64,000 nucleotides of DNA from an uncultured Nitrososphaerota archaeon (lineage in GTDB: Archaea > Thermoproteota > Nitrososphaeria > Nitrososphaerales > CADDZS01), in the NCBI GenBank assembly GCA_963799845.1, contig CAWCYI010000004.1:1312001-1376000 (forward strand). The letters are read 5' to 3'. Position 1 is the first letter of the stretch. The number at the start of each line of letters is the position of its first letter. Positions 49,897-60,339 of this stretch are shown here, in pieces. A program made the position numbers and the translations under genes. The notes below the pieces were generated by a model. The model saw nothing but the letters and a program-made list of their open reading frames with translations, did no database searches and was not told where the DNA came from.

Positions 49897-51507
49897 ATGA
49901 CGAGCCAGAGCTTGCAGGTAAAGGGAAAAACCGATCTACCTAATTTTTCTCTTGTCCTCACTGGCGAGGCTCTGGAATTCGTGGAGAAAATTCAGCGAAA
50001 ATTCTCCAGCGAGCGAAAAAGATTGCTCCAGCTTAGAACGGGGCGACAGGAGAATTTCGATCAGGGCGCTCGCCCCAACTTCCTGTCCGAGACTGAGAAT
50101 ATCAGAAAATCAGAGTGGAGGACGAGTCTGATCCCGAACGACCTCCTGGATAGGCGGGTCGAGATCACGGGCCCATCGGGCGATACGAAGATGGTGATAA
50201 ACGCGTTCAACTCGGGAGCGAACGTGTACATGGCAGATTTCGAGGATGCGCAGTCGCCGACGTGGGAAAACACGATTCAGGGACAGATTAACTTGGGCGA
50301 GGCAATCGAGAGAAAGATTGCGTTCAAGAGCCCTGAAGGCAAGGACTACAAGCTCAACGAAAAAATTTCAACCCTGATCGTGAGACCGAGGGGATGGCAC
50401 CTGCTTGAAAAACACGTCGAACTGGACGGCGAGCCCGTCTCGGCATCAATTTTTGATTTTGCGGTATTTCTGTTTCACAACGCGCGCAAGCTTATGGCGA
50501 AGGGTAGCGGGCCGTACTACTACCTGCCGAAGCTCGAGAGTCATCTGGAAGCCAAGCTGTGGAACGACGTGTTTGATTTCGCGGAGGACGAGCTCGGGCT
50601 ACCACACGGGACGATCAAAGTTACGGTGCTGATCGAGACGATCGTCGCAGCTTTTGAAATGGATGAAATCCTTTACGTCCTGAAAGATCACATCGTCGGG
50701 CTGAACTGCGGTAGGTGGGATTACATCTTCAGCTTCATCAAAAAGTTCAGAAATGATCCCTCTCTAGTACTTCCCGAGCGCTCCCAGGTAACCATGGACA
50801 AGGATTTTCTCGCAGCTTATGTTGCGCTTCTGATCAAAACGTGCCACAGGCGCGGAGCGAGCGCGATCGGCGGCATGTCGGCATTCATCCCCGTGAAAAA
50901 CGACGACAGGGCAAACCAGCTCGCTTTTGAAAATGTCAGGAAGGACAAGGAGCGGGAAGTTAGAGCAGGGCACGACGGTACATGGGTCGCGCATCCGGGG
51001 CTAGTCATGCTCGCAAAGGAAGTGTTCGACGCTGGGATGAAGGGACCAAACCAGCTCTCCAATCTGCGGAGTGATGTCAGTGCTACTCCGACCGATCTGC
51101 TTCGAGTCCACAAAGGCACGATAACCGAGAATGGCTTGCGAACCAATGTATCCGTCGGGATCCAGTACATTGAGGCGTGGCTCGGCGGCAAGGGAAGCGT
51201 TCCGATCAACAACCTGATGGAGGACGCCGCGACTGCGGAGATCTGCAGGGCGCAGCTGTGGCAGTGGATCAGACACGGCTCGAAACTTACGGACGGGCGC
51301 GTCGTGACTACGCAGCTCTGCCTTGAAATCGTCGGGGAGGAACTGGAAAAGATTCACAAGCAGCTCGGGGACAATAGGTATGACTCTGGGCATTTTGTTC
51401 TGGCGAGATCGCTGTTTGAGGAATTGATTACATCGGATACGTTCGCGGAATTCCTGACGTTGAAGGCGTATGATCAATTGCTGTCTTTAGAGAAAATGGA
51501 AAACTAA
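49897..51507 (+). CDS. aceB: Malate synthase A
   Basis: DRRVEITGP, MADFED, VRPRGWHL, YLPKLE, LNCGRWDYIFS, GHDGTWVAHP, LMEDAATAEI. Confidence 0.95.
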   Translation: MTSQSLQVKGKTDLPNFSLVLTGEALEFVEKIQRKFSSERKRLLQLRTGRQENFDQGARPNFLSETENIRKSEWRTSLIPNDLLDRRVEITGPSGDTKMVINAFNSGANVYMADFEDAQSPTWENTIQGQINLGEAIERKIAFKSPEGKDYKLNEKISTLIVRPRGWHLLEKHVELDGEPVSASIFDFAVFLFHNARKLMAKGSGPYYYLPKLESHLEAKLWNDVFDFAEDELGLPHGTIKVTVLIETIVAAFEMDEILYVLKDHIVGLNCGRWDYIFSFIKKFRNDPSLVLPERSQVTMDKDFLAAYVALLIKTCHRRGASAIGGMSAFIPVKNDDRANQLAFENVRKDKEREVRAGHDGTWVAHPGLVMLAKEVFDAGMKGPNQLSNLRSDVSATPTDLLRVHKGTITENGLRTNVSVGIQYIEAWLGGKGSVPINNLMEDAATAEICRAQLWQWIRHGSKLTDGRVVTTQLCLEIVGEELEKIHKQLGDNRYDSGHFVLARSLFEELITSDTFAEFLTLKAYDQLLSLEKMEN

Positions 51508-51829
51508 TTCCTAGATTAGGTCGTTTCTCCAAGGGGATCGGTCCCAGATACCGTCCCTTATGACCGGATGCCTGGTAATATTCATAACCAAGTAATGCAT
51601 TATCATCGTTAAAAATGAGAGAGCAGAGGATTGTATGATTGACATACTCCTAATTCATTTTCCTTGATCATTTAGGAAGAAACGTTTGAACGGGTTTTTT
51701 CGCAACTGAAACTTGAATATCGAATCGAACGGGCCGGAACATACACTGATCAAATGTTCCCGTAGCTGTTCACGCGTAAGTATTGTGCAATCAGACTTCC
51801 TGGCTTCACATAACAAAAGATCCATAAGA

Positions 51830-52140
51830 TTCGCGCGCGCGCTTCTGTAGCCCGTCGCTGAAACAATCATGATGAAGGCCCCGAGGCCTGCGCTGAAGAT
51901 CGCAAGGATCGTAATTAGATAGTAAATGTAATTGGCGACGCCTGGGCTCGACACGGCTAGCTGGGAAAATGGGGTGCCAGTCAGGGTCTCGACAGCATTT
52001 TCGGCGCTGGTGAGGATTCCAGGAAAAAAGATAGTGACAGCCATGGAGACCAAGAAGAATAGACCCATCACGAAGGGAATTATCCAGGCATACTTTTCGT
52101 ACGCTTTCTCCTTTCGAACTACAACCATGAAACTTAGCAA
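51830..52140 (-). pseudogene. Truncated membrane protein (ORF 51655-52140 runs into unrelated sequence)
   Basis: Two TM helices end abruptly at SATGYRS, followed by a non-protein-like tail. Confidence 0.4.
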
Positions 52141-52226
52141 CGGATGATTGTTATTTTATCCTTTGGAAAGATCTTCGGGGCAAAGAGGGACGCTTAAAGC
52201 CGAGAGCCACTAGCTTCGTTCCCGTA

Positions 52227-52721
52227 ATGCCAACTGAAGGAGTAGAATCCATCAGCGGGGTGAACGCGAATTTGGTTGTACCCAAAATAAAGATGGGTGC
52301 GATATGTCAGATTGGAATCGTTGTCAGGGATTTGCAAAAGGCAGTGGACAACTATTGGGAGAAATTGGGAATCGGCCCTTGGATAACAGTCAGAATCGAG
52401 CCACCACTCCTCAGGGATTTGACCTTGCGGGGGAAACCCGTTGAGGCCTCAATGATGGCGGCAATTGCGCAGAGTGGTAACATTCAGCTGGAACTGATAC
52501 AGCCCCTTGAAGGCCCAAGCATCTGGAAGGAGTTCCTGGAGACACGGGGTGGGGGTCTCCATCACGTCCAGTCGCTTGATCAGGACCCCAAGGCGGCGCT
52601 CGCCGCGTTTAGAGAGATGGGCGTCGACGTGCTCATGAGCGGCAGGATTGGTGACAACATATTTTACTACATGGACACTGAGCCGCTTCTAGGAACCATC
52701 TATGAGTTCATAAGACACTGA
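52227..52721 (+). CDS. VOC family protein (methylmalonyl-CoA epimerase-like)
   Basis: QIGIVVRDL, LGIGPW, QLELIQP, GGGLHH, YYMDT. Confidence 0.85.
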   Translation: MPTEGVESISGVNANLVVPKIKMGAICQIGIVVRDLQKAVDNYWEKLGIGPWITVRIEPPLLRDLTLRGKPVEASMMAAIAQSGNIQLELIQPLEGPSIWKEFLETRGGGLHHVQSLDQDPKAALAAFREMGVDVLMSGRIGDNIFYYMDTEPLLGTIYEFIRH

Positions 52722-52991
52722 TTCGCGTGGGTTGTGATCGAATCCAATTAGGGCGACTCGTGTATACCCTAGAATACGCCAAGATGTTTTAGGGGTAACA
52801 AAGGCCTATCTCCGTCAAGGAGAGCCTCATTGGAAAGTGTAACATTCCCAACTTTTCCAGCCATTTAGAGCCACTTAGGAGAGTAGGAAGAGCTATTTGT
52901 TCAAACTTCGGGGAAAAATGGATGAAAGACAGGTATAGTAGTTTCACACTCTGATCACAGATAGATTTTGTCAAACCAGAATAACGAAACA

Positions 52992-53394
52992 ATGATACCA
53001 AGGGATGCATCAGCTTGGGTAACCTTGCACTTCCAGGGGAAGAACAGCGACTTGGACCAACTCTCGCAAAAGATAGAGCAGGAGCTGAAAGACCGAGCAT
53101 TACAAGACCCAGTCGACGAAGGCAACCATCGGCAACGTTGTTCAGGCACAAAAAGCTGGCGTACTCCGCGGCATCGTCGATGCAAACAGGGCATTCTCGA
53201 TATTAATCGCAGGACAGCCCAACGACTTTTCAGTCAATATAGGCATCGGAAAATGGATTCAGAACCTGGGAGTTGCTGCCGTTGAAACGGTTCTCTTTGG
53301 TCCACTTGCTATAGCAGTAGATGGAGCAGAGATTCTCTGGACCACGCACGTTGAAAGCGGGTTGGCGAAGCAGATAACCCAGATTGTTGGCTAG
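52992..53394 (+). CDS. Hypothetical protein with +1 frameshift near 53088
   Basis: Removing one base gives ...QAQKAGVLRGIVDANRAFSILIAGQPNDFSVNIGIGKWIQNL...QIVG*. Confidence 0.6.
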
Positions 53395-53576
53395 CAAATA
53401 GAGAAGATTTGAATCATAGCCGCTAGGCTGAGATCCGATTTGCAGGAAGCCCCCAGAAGGGCTTCCCCTGCGAGCTCTGGTTGAACGCTTTGTCGATGAA
53501 GAGTAAGTCAATCACAGAGTAGAAGTGGAAAATATCAATGCTAAGTGCATCCAGTCAAGTAAAGATGGATGCCCTA

Positions 53577-54569
53577 ATGAAGGCGGCTGTGTACACAAAA
53601 TACGGGCCTCCAGAAGTTCTTCAACTAAAAGAGGTAGAGAAACCTACTCCCAAGGATAACGAGGTGCTGATAAAAGTACATGCGACGACGGTAAACCGAA
53701 CAGATTGTGGCTTTCTTCGGGCAAAGCCATTTTTTATCAGATTTATCAGTGGACTCGCCGGACCAAAAAGAACGATATTAGGTTGTGAGTTCGCCGGCGA
53801 AATTGAAGCGGTCGGTAAAAACGTCAAATCATTAGTGAGCGGTGACCATGTTTTTGGATATAGCGGAGTCAGTTTCGGTGCTCAGGCAGAGTACATGACC
53901 ATGCCCGAACAAGGCATGCTAACAACCGTGCCAGCGAGTATGAGTGATGAAGAAGCCGCTCCGATTACGGAAGGTGCGCACTACGCGCTAAACAATATTA
54001 GAAAAGCAAACGTTCGAGGTGGCCAAAGAGTCCTGATTAATGGGGCAACGGGTGGTATTGGTTCAGCGGCCGTCCAGCTTGTGAAATATTATGGAGCGAA
54101 CGTTACAGCGGTATGCGGTACCAAGAATGCAGAATTAGTAAAATCTCTTGGAGCCGATGAAGTAATTGATTACGCTGTAGAAGATTTTACAAAAAGTGGA
54201 AAGAAGTATGATTTTGTTTTTGACGCAGTTGGCAAAAGTTCCTTCGGTGCCTGTAAAAAATTGCTAAAACCAGGCGGGATCTATTGTTCAACCGAACTTG
54301 GTTTCATGTGGCAGAATCCCTTTTTGGCACTATGGACTTCGAAATTTGGCAGTAAAAAAGTCATATTTCCGATTCCAACAGAAGAAAAAGAAGACGCGCT
54401 CTTTTTCAAAGAGCTTATCGAGACCGGGAAATTTAGACCTGCCATAGATAGATGCTACCCGCTGGAAAAGATTGTCGATGCTTACAAGTACGTCGAAACG
54501 GGTCAAAAAACAGGAAATGTGGTCATCACCGTGGGACATAATTATCAGAACCAAAGGCAACTTTTCTGA
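53577..54569 (+). CDS. MDR NAD(P)-dependent oxidoreductase (quinone reductase-like)
   Basis: MKAAVYTKYGPPEVL, GCEFAG, NGATGGIG, FDAVG, GQKTGNVVI. Confidence 0.9.
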   Translation: MKAAVYTKYGPPEVLQLKEVEKPTPKDNEVLIKVHATTVNRTDCGFLRAKPFFIRFISGLAGPKRTILGCEFAGEIEAVGKNVKSLVSGDHVFGYSGVSFGAQAEYMTMPEQGMLTTVPASMSDEEAAPITEGAHYALNNIRKANVRGGQRVLINGATGGIGSAAVQLVKYYGANVTAVCGTKNAELVKSLGADEVIDYAVEDFTKSGKKYDFVFDAVGKSSFGACKKLLKPGGIYCSTELGFMWQNPFLALWTSKFGSKKVIFPIPTEEKEDALFFKELIETGKFRPAIDRCYPLEKIVDAYKYVETGQKTGNVVITVGHNYQNQRQLF

Positions 54570-54707
54570 CTTATCTATTGTGGACTAGCCCCAGGTCTTC
54601 TTAGCGAGTCTTTTCATGACTATCCAAGTCTTGTAATTATTACAGCCATCAGCACAACAGAATCGACCTGTTGACTGCGTTGTTTGATATTTATAATGAA
54701 TTAATAT

Positions 54708-55697
54708 TCATTCATTGATGACATATTGAAACATGTCGGCCACAGCTTTGTATAGATTGGGCGGATACTCCGCAATTCTTTGGCACATGTAGAGGAACCA
54801 TTCTCTTCCGTAAGGAAGGTACACTCGTGCCCGGAATCCGTCATCTTTCACTTTTTGCAAACGGTCTGGAGAAATTCCGTAGTTCATCTCGAATTCAACG
54901 GTTCCTTTGTCGACAGCGAGTTTTTTGCAAAGCTTTAGGGCGTATCCGATTATTGTTTGATCGTGTGTCGCGATTGAAACAGGGTGCCTGTTTTCGAGGA
55001 TCGTCTCGAGAAATCGACAATACTTGATTGTTAGTTCGTCGCTTTTGCGGTCGATCGCAACGTCCGGTGGTTCGCTATACGCACCCTTGACAAGTCGAAT
55101 TTTGCTTCGTTCTCGTCTTCGCATTATGGATTGAAGATCTTCTTCACTTCGGTTGAGATAAGCCTGGATCGTTATCCCGATGTTTGGAAACTCCCCAGAG
55201 AGCATGCGTTGAACTTCTAAGATTTCTGAAGTACGCTCCGACCACTCCATGTTCACTATGATCTCCACATCGTGATCAATCGCGGCCCTTCCGATTTTCC
55301 TCATGTTTTCCAGAGCTAGTTCCTTATCAATGGTCAAGCCGACGTGGGAGAGATCGAGCGAAACAGAAGAATTTAATCCGTGCTTTACGATCGTGTCAAT
55401 TACTGAAAGGAACTCGTCGGTTGTAGATTTTGCCAGATCCTCACTCCTCGTAGATTCTCCCATAAAGTCAATCGCCTGAAGGAAACCAAGATCTCTTAAC
55501 CTCTCTGCTACATGTAGACAATCGGACAACGTTTCACCACCTATGTAACGACGCGCAGCCCGAAGGGCCACATCATAAAGTCTAGTGTTCTGTAGAACGT
55601 AAGACTTTAGCTCTTCGTCCCGAGCGATATGACGCAGTGCCTCCGACATTTCGTCTGCCCAATCGGCGTCTCTTTCCATTTCGTCTTTTTCTTCCAT
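54708..55697 (-). CDS. Monofunctional proline dehydrogenase family
   Basis: RYIGGE, DFMGE, TIQAYL, RLVKGAY, IATHD, VYLPYG.EWF.Y..QRIAE. Confidence 0.88.
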   Translation of the reverse strand: MEEKDEMERDADWADEMSEALRHIARDEELKSYVLQNTRLYDVALRAARRYIGGETLSDCLHVAERLRDLGFLQAIDFMGESTRSEDLAKSTTDEFLSVIDTIVKHGLNSSVSLDLSHVGLTIDKELALENMRKIGRAAIDHDVEIIVNMEWSERTSEILEVQRMLSGEFPNIGITIQAYLNRSEEDLQSIMRRRERSKIRLVKGAYSEPPDVAIDRKSDELTIKYCRFLETILENRHPVSIATHDQTIIGYALKLCKKLAVDKGTVEFEMNYGISPDRLQKVKDDGFRARVYLPYGREWFLYMCQRIAEYPPNLYKAVADMFQYVINE

Positions 55698-55705
55698 ATT
55701 TCTCT

Positions 55706-56329
55706 CTATCCTATCTTGCTTTGTTGCGTGACTCGTGCCAACACCATTTGCTTAGCTTCCCTCAGAAGTTCATTCATCGACAAGGAGTGATTGATGAGGA
55801 GTTGCTGAGATGCTCCCGCCAGAATGCCGATAATTTCGTGTGCGATGAGATTTGAATTGAGTTCCTTACTAAAATCGCCTGTCTTCTTTCCGCCATCTAG
55901 AATCCGTGCCACAAAACGAATTGTCTGAGTCAACATTTGTCCTATTTCAGGGGAGAATAGTTTGTCATCTTCGAGCAATGTACGTTGAATGAACAAACAT
56001 ATTTCAGGATCCTGGACGAACAACTCTTGATAACAATCAAACAGTTTCTCCAGCTTATGAAATGAAGAGCTTTCTAAAGAAACAGGGTACAGTACTATTA
56101 GCTTCCATCGTACGCGAATAGTTTCGAGAATAGCATGGAATAGCTTTTCCTTGCTATCAAAATGCCAATAAATGGCACCTTTTGTGATGCCTGCAGCACC
56201 TGCAATATCATCTATGGATGTGCTTGCAAAACCGCGCCTTGCGAAGAGCTTGAGGCAACTAGCAAGTATCGCTTCCCTTGTTTCTGCGCTGTGTTTGGCC
56301 TTCAAGGAGATTGTTTTCGGTGGCCACAT
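55706..56329 (-). CDS. TetR/AcrR family transcriptional regulator
   Basis: LFARRGFASTSIDDIAGAAGITKGAIYWHFDSKEKL. Confidence 0.92.
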   Translation of the reverse strand: MWPPKTISLKAKHSAETREAILASCLKLFARRGFASTSIDDIAGAAGITKGAIYWHFDSKEKLFHAILETIRVRWKLIVLYPVSLESSSFHKLEKLFDCYQELFVQDPEICLFIQRTLLEDDKLFSPEIGQMLTQTIRFVARILDGGKKTGDFSKELNSNLIAHEIIGILAGASQQLLINHSLSMNELLREAKQMVLARVTQQSKIG

Positions 56330-56660
56330 ACCGACCGTTTAGTATATTTCTCCGATTATAAGAGTTTGCCCACAATTCATCAACAATTGTTGGCAATGTT
56401 AACAGGTAATGGAATGCGATGATGAATCCGTACTAAAGAAATGGATACTTAACTGGAAGACTTGATTGAGTTCTATATTATCCGAGTATTGAATGGGATA
56501 GAGGCTGCGGCGTTAAACGAAAAAGATTCATGAAGATTGATGCGTGATCATTAAGCTGTATTCGTATTTTTTTACTTCCACCTCACGAGTATCGCCCCTC
56601 TCTCTTGAACTGTGAAATCGTCAGTTTTAAGAGGTCTATACGTACGAGTGTTGTGAGACT

Positions 56661-57305
56661 TCAGATTGCTTGAGGAGTCTGTTTCGAAGACGAGTGCATA
56701 CTTTCATGAACGCACTCCATTGCTCCCCTGGCAATTGATTGCTTCAAAGTTATACTTGGTCTGTCGAGTACCTTACCAAGGAAAGCAGTGTGAAACGTAT
56801 CGCATGTCAGTTCTGGATACTTGGTGGCTAATTTAGCAAATGGACAGTTCTTGCTAATGATCAGATCTTTGCTTCTTTCTCTCCTCAATTGGGGCTGGAA
56901 ACCCAAGTCACTCAGGACCGGGAGAAGAGAGTCCGCATTTTCTCGCCTGCCTACATTCTCTGTGAGCATCCTGGCAGCAGAAGCAAAAATGGCCTTCGTC
57001 TTTTCGGCACCTATGTCCTCTATCATAGCCGCCGTTATGAGATCGAGGATGAGATCATATTTGGCAGAGATTCTACCTCGTCCTTCGAGGGTTATAGAAT
57101 AATACTTGCTAGGCCGTCCACTGCCCGTGTTTCTGAAAGAGGAGTCAACCAATTTGTCTGCCACCATATCTTCAAGATGCCTCCTGACTACACTGAGATT
57201 CATGCCAATCTTAGATGCAAGGTCTTCAGCTGTTGTCTCTCCGCCTAGGAGAAGTACAAGTATGCAATATTTTGTTTGGCCAAGCGGAGAACGCACCTCA
57301 ATCAA
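56661..57305 (-). CDS. SufR-like ArsR-fold HTH regulator with C-terminal Cys ligands
   Basis: VVRRHLEDM, GRPSKYY, KNCPF..TCD..H, MEC. Confidence 0.8.
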   Translation of the reverse strand: MIEVRSPLGQTKYCILVLLLGGETTAEDLASKIGMNLSVVRRHLEDMVADKLVDSSFRNTGSGRPSKYYSITLEGRGRISAKYDLILDLITAAMIEDIGAEKTKAIFASAARMLTENVGRRENADSLLPVLSDLGFQPQLRRERSKDLIISKNCPFAKLATKYPELTCDTFHTAFLGKVLDRPSITLKQSIARGAMECVHESMHSSSKQTPQAI

Positions 57306-57401
57306 GAAATGTAGTGGTTTACCGAGTAAAAAGCATTGAGAGGCTTGTGTGGGTTTTATGCCATAATAACATTTAATAGGTCTGGATTTTTAATGCAACT
57401 T

Positions 57402-57811
57402 ATGACAGAGCCTAGTCTATTCGAACGTCTGGGTGGAGTATACGCAATCGCGGCTGTTGTGGATCGCTTCAGTGACCAACTTTTGAAAAATCCGAAGATC
57501 GTTAATTCAAACCCCGAACTGAAAAAGTGGCACACTGAAGAGTACAAAACTCGGTTGCCTTGTCTAAAAGTTCGGGCGGACATTGTGGATGTGCTCGGTT
57601 GCAGGCGGGCCATACCAATACACGGGTAAGCCCCTATCCGAAGCCCATTTCGCATTTCACATCCCACCAGAAGTATTCGATGGTTTCGGCCGAGCTCGGA
57701 CTCGCACTTGATTATTTCAAGGTGCCCAAGCGCGAAAAGGAGGAAGCCTTGGCTGCCTTCAATGCGCAAAAGCGCGATGTGACTTCTGGTGCCAGGCCCA
57801 CGACGGCATAG
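57402..57811 (+). CDS. Group I truncated hemoglobin, two frameshifts (near 57570 and 57680)
   Basis: SLFERLGG..AIAAVVD; middle frame AGGPYQYTGKPLSEAH; last frame ALDYFKVPKREKEE. Confidence 0.8.
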
Positions 57812-57862
57812 TGAACTTTTGACGACCTAAATCGGTACTGAGGAACAGAAACGAAGGTTCCC

Positions 57863-58192
57863 TTGGCGATCGACCTCAGTTGGCTTCTCGGTGCGGTCCT
57901 CGACTCGATCATTCCCTTCCTCGAGCTAGTGGCAGCTTTTGTTATTCTCGGTGGTGGCGTTTGGACTCTTATGATCTTCGTGCGCCGCCACGATGCCGCG
58001 CAAGCGAGGCATGAGTTCAGTCACGCTCTTCTCTTAGGCTTGGATTTCACAATTGGCGCAGATATGTTGAAACTCACCGTGGCACCTGACCTCTCGGCGG
58101 CTGCCTTGGCCGCAGGAGTTACGGCAGTCCGTATCGCCCTAACACTGACACTCCTTAGGGAGCAGCGTCAAGCGATTTCAGAAAACAAATAA
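57863..58192 (+). CDS. DUF1622 family membrane protein
   Basis: ALLLGLDFTIGADML, VRIALT..L.RE. Confidence 0.8.
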   Translation: MAIDLSWLLGAVLDSIIPFLELVAAFVILGGGVWTLMIFVRRHDAAQARHEFSHALLLGLDFTIGADMLKLTVAPDLSAAALAAGVTAVRIALTLTLLREQRQAISENK

Positions 58193-58215
58193 CTGATGTG
58201 GTCTGGTTCAAAACA

Positions 58216-58533
58216 ATGACAAACGAATTCGTGAAGATCGCTGAGATTTCCGAGATTCCTCAAGGGACGACCAAAATTGTGAATGTAGCAGGAGTTGAAT
58301 TATTTGTAGCGAATGTCGAGGGATCATTTTACGCTCTGCCTAACAAATGCACTCATGTTGGCGGACTGCTGGGAAGAGGGAAGCTTTCTGGTAACATCAT
58401 TCAGTGTCCTTGGCACGGATCGAAATTTGATGTGAAGACTGGGGCAGTCGTTGCCGGCCCTGCACAAAGCCCAGAACCAACTTACGAGGTGAGGGTGGAA
58501 GGGTCAAGCGTCTTCGTGAAAAAACCGACCTGA
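58216..58533 (+). CDS. Rieske-type [2Fe-2S] ferredoxin
   Basis: CTH...CPWHGSKFD. Confidence 0.9.
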   Translation: MTNEFVKIAEISEIPQGTTKIVNVAGVELFVANVEGSFYALPNKCTHVGGLLGRGKLSGNIIQCPWHGSKFDVKTGAVVAGPAQSPEPTYEVRVEGSSVFVKKPT

Positions 58534-58678
58534 CTTCAGTTCCTTCAGGCACGCTGTCTAAAATTTCGAATTTCATATAATTCACTGAGGAAACCAGACA
58601 CAACGACTAAAATATGACGCATAACACCTATTCCCAAAGTTCTTCGGGATAAGCTATATCCTCAGACTCGAGCCTTAA

Positions 58679-59146
58679 TTGGTGATGGTAAGGACTATGA
58701 GTTTCAGAGTAGATCACAATGAACCAATATCTGATCTCTTGACAAGATTAACAGAGGAACATGGAGAAATCAATCGAAAGCTCGAGAGGATCTCAGAAAT
58801 CTCTGCCAAAAATGACGGAGACTTGAAACTGGCAGTCAGTTTGCTGAATGCTGTGAGTACCGAGATACTTCGGCACGCTGTCGAGGAAGAGGCTAGGCTT
58901 GCACGCGTAATAATGGAATCAGATGTAACGCGTGAATCTTCAGACGAGTCAGTAAAAATTCTTCAGGAGCACAGGCGCATTAAGGAGTTTTTCGACGATG
59001 AATTGCCGTACATCTTAGATGAGAATTCTGAGAAACAAGCAAGAAAGAAAATCATCGAGTTTACCGATTTGGTAATTAGACACCATAAGGAAGAAGAGAA
59101 AGAGCTATTCCCTCTTTCTTTGAGAGCGGCAGCATCAAACGGGTAG
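58679..59146 (+). CDS. Hemerythrin-like HHE cation-binding protein
   Basis: EEH, RHAVEEE, QEH, HHKEEE..LFP. Confidence 0.85.
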   Translation: MVMVRTMSFRVDHNEPISDLLTRLTEEHGEINRKLERISEISAKNDGDLKLAVSLLNAVSTEILRHAVEEEARLARVIMESDVTRESSDESVKILQEHRRIKEFFDDELPYILDENSEKQARKKIIEFTDLVIRHHKEEEKELFPLSLRAAASNG

Positions 59147-59158
59147 CGTGGTGCCTGT

Positions 59159-59554
59159 TTGGAGAAGACTGTTTCAAAGATCATTCCTTTATCAGAAGAA
59201 AGCTCGCACAGTCATCCCAGAAGCAAGCAAGAAACTCTTCCAACAGCAGAATCTATCCATCTTGTCAAATTGGCAAGCTATGAAGATGATGCAATCGTCA
59301 GCAGGACGCTGATTAATCGTAAATCTGGAACTATTACGATGTTCGCATTTGATCAGGGGCAAGGTTTGAGCGAACACACTTCACCATTCGATGCTTTTGT
59401 ACAGATTCTGGAAGGCAGCTCCGAGATTACCATTTCAGGAAAGCACTTTCCGGCGAGTGAAGGCGAAGTCGTGATCTTACCTGCAAATCAACCTCATGCA
59501 CTGAGTGCACTTTCTAAATTCAAAATGCTTCTAACCCTGATCCATTCTGAATAA
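59159..59554 (+). CDS. Cupin domain protein
   Basis: FAFDQGQGLSEHT.PFDA, PANQPHAL. Confidence 0.9.
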   Translation: MEKTVSKIIPLSEESSHSHPRSKQETLPTAESIHLVKLASYEDDAIVSRTLINRKSGTITMFAFDQGQGLSEHTSPFDAFVQILEGSSEITISGKHFPASEGEVVILPANQPHALSALSKFKMLLTLIHSE

Positions 59555-59560
59555 TCTGAG

Positions 59561-59953
59561 TTGCAAAAATGGAAAAGCTCTATTACCGCGGAGGACGGAG
59601 TCGCTTTTGTGACCGCAACGATTTGCTACTTTGACTCCCCTCCAAAAAACGAATTCTTTGTATTCTTCAAAGGGACATTGCTACCAATACTAGTGCGATA
59701 TGGTGCTCCATGTCTTGCTACTTTTGTCACCGAATCCAGCCCCAATAACTATCCAAGACTAGCAGTGAGAGAAGGAGAATACGTGTTTGTCTGGTTCAGC
59801 TTATTTACAAACGGAACATCTTACGAGAATCACATTCGAGCTTTGGAAGAAAGTTCTGACTGGTTAAAGATCCAGGTTCAACTTAAGGAATTCTTGATCA
59901 AGCCGGTAGAGATCTTGAAGCTTTCACCGACTCCGCGTTCAAAGCTAATCTAA
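59561..59953 (+). pseudogene. C-terminal half of a NIPSNAP-like protein
   Basis: FVTE.SPNNYPRLAVREGEYVFVWF, LSPTPRS; N-terminal domain absent. Confidence 0.6.
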
Positions 59954-59961
59954 CTCTAATG

Positions 59962-60006
59962 CTATTAGTAAATACGTGCGCGAATCCCGTACCTCGCATG
60001 ATCTTT
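59962..60006 (+). repeat. Palindromic intergenic repeat family, partial copy D
   Basis: CTATTAGTAAATACGTGCGCGAATCCCGTACCTCGC. Confidence 0.5.
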
Positions 60007-60040
60007 ACGTTTCATCTTTCAAAAATTCTATGAATTGACG

Positions 60041-60109
60041 TGTATTTTTACTAGTTAATTGGTGCGGAAGTCCCACATTCCGCGTACGAGATTTACTAGT
60101 AAGACCAAA
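60041..60109 (+). repeat. Palindromic repeat family, copy E
   Basis: 59/69 ungapped identity to copy H by manual alignment. Confidence 0.9.
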
Positions 60110-60339
60110 TCTTTGCGTCAGTATTTTGTGATTTCCGCGATTAACCAATCTTGTTCTTCGTGAGACAGTTATTGTTACTGTTTCGCCAATATTTACCAAT
60201 TGACGTGAAAAGTGTTGTAGTGCTCGTCTCACTTCACTCGAGGAGAGATTAGTTCTTTCTTCATACCAGTATCCGAATCCCATACATAACTTGAATTAAT
60301 CAGCAACCTAAAACGGTCGCACATTGATTTTCAAACGAC

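Noticed and set aside
9896-51477. Many long antisense or alternate-frame ORFs (e.g. 9896-10537, 24153-24659, 44197-44814, 51001-51477)
   Set aside because: They are shadows of well-supported genes and have no protein motifs.
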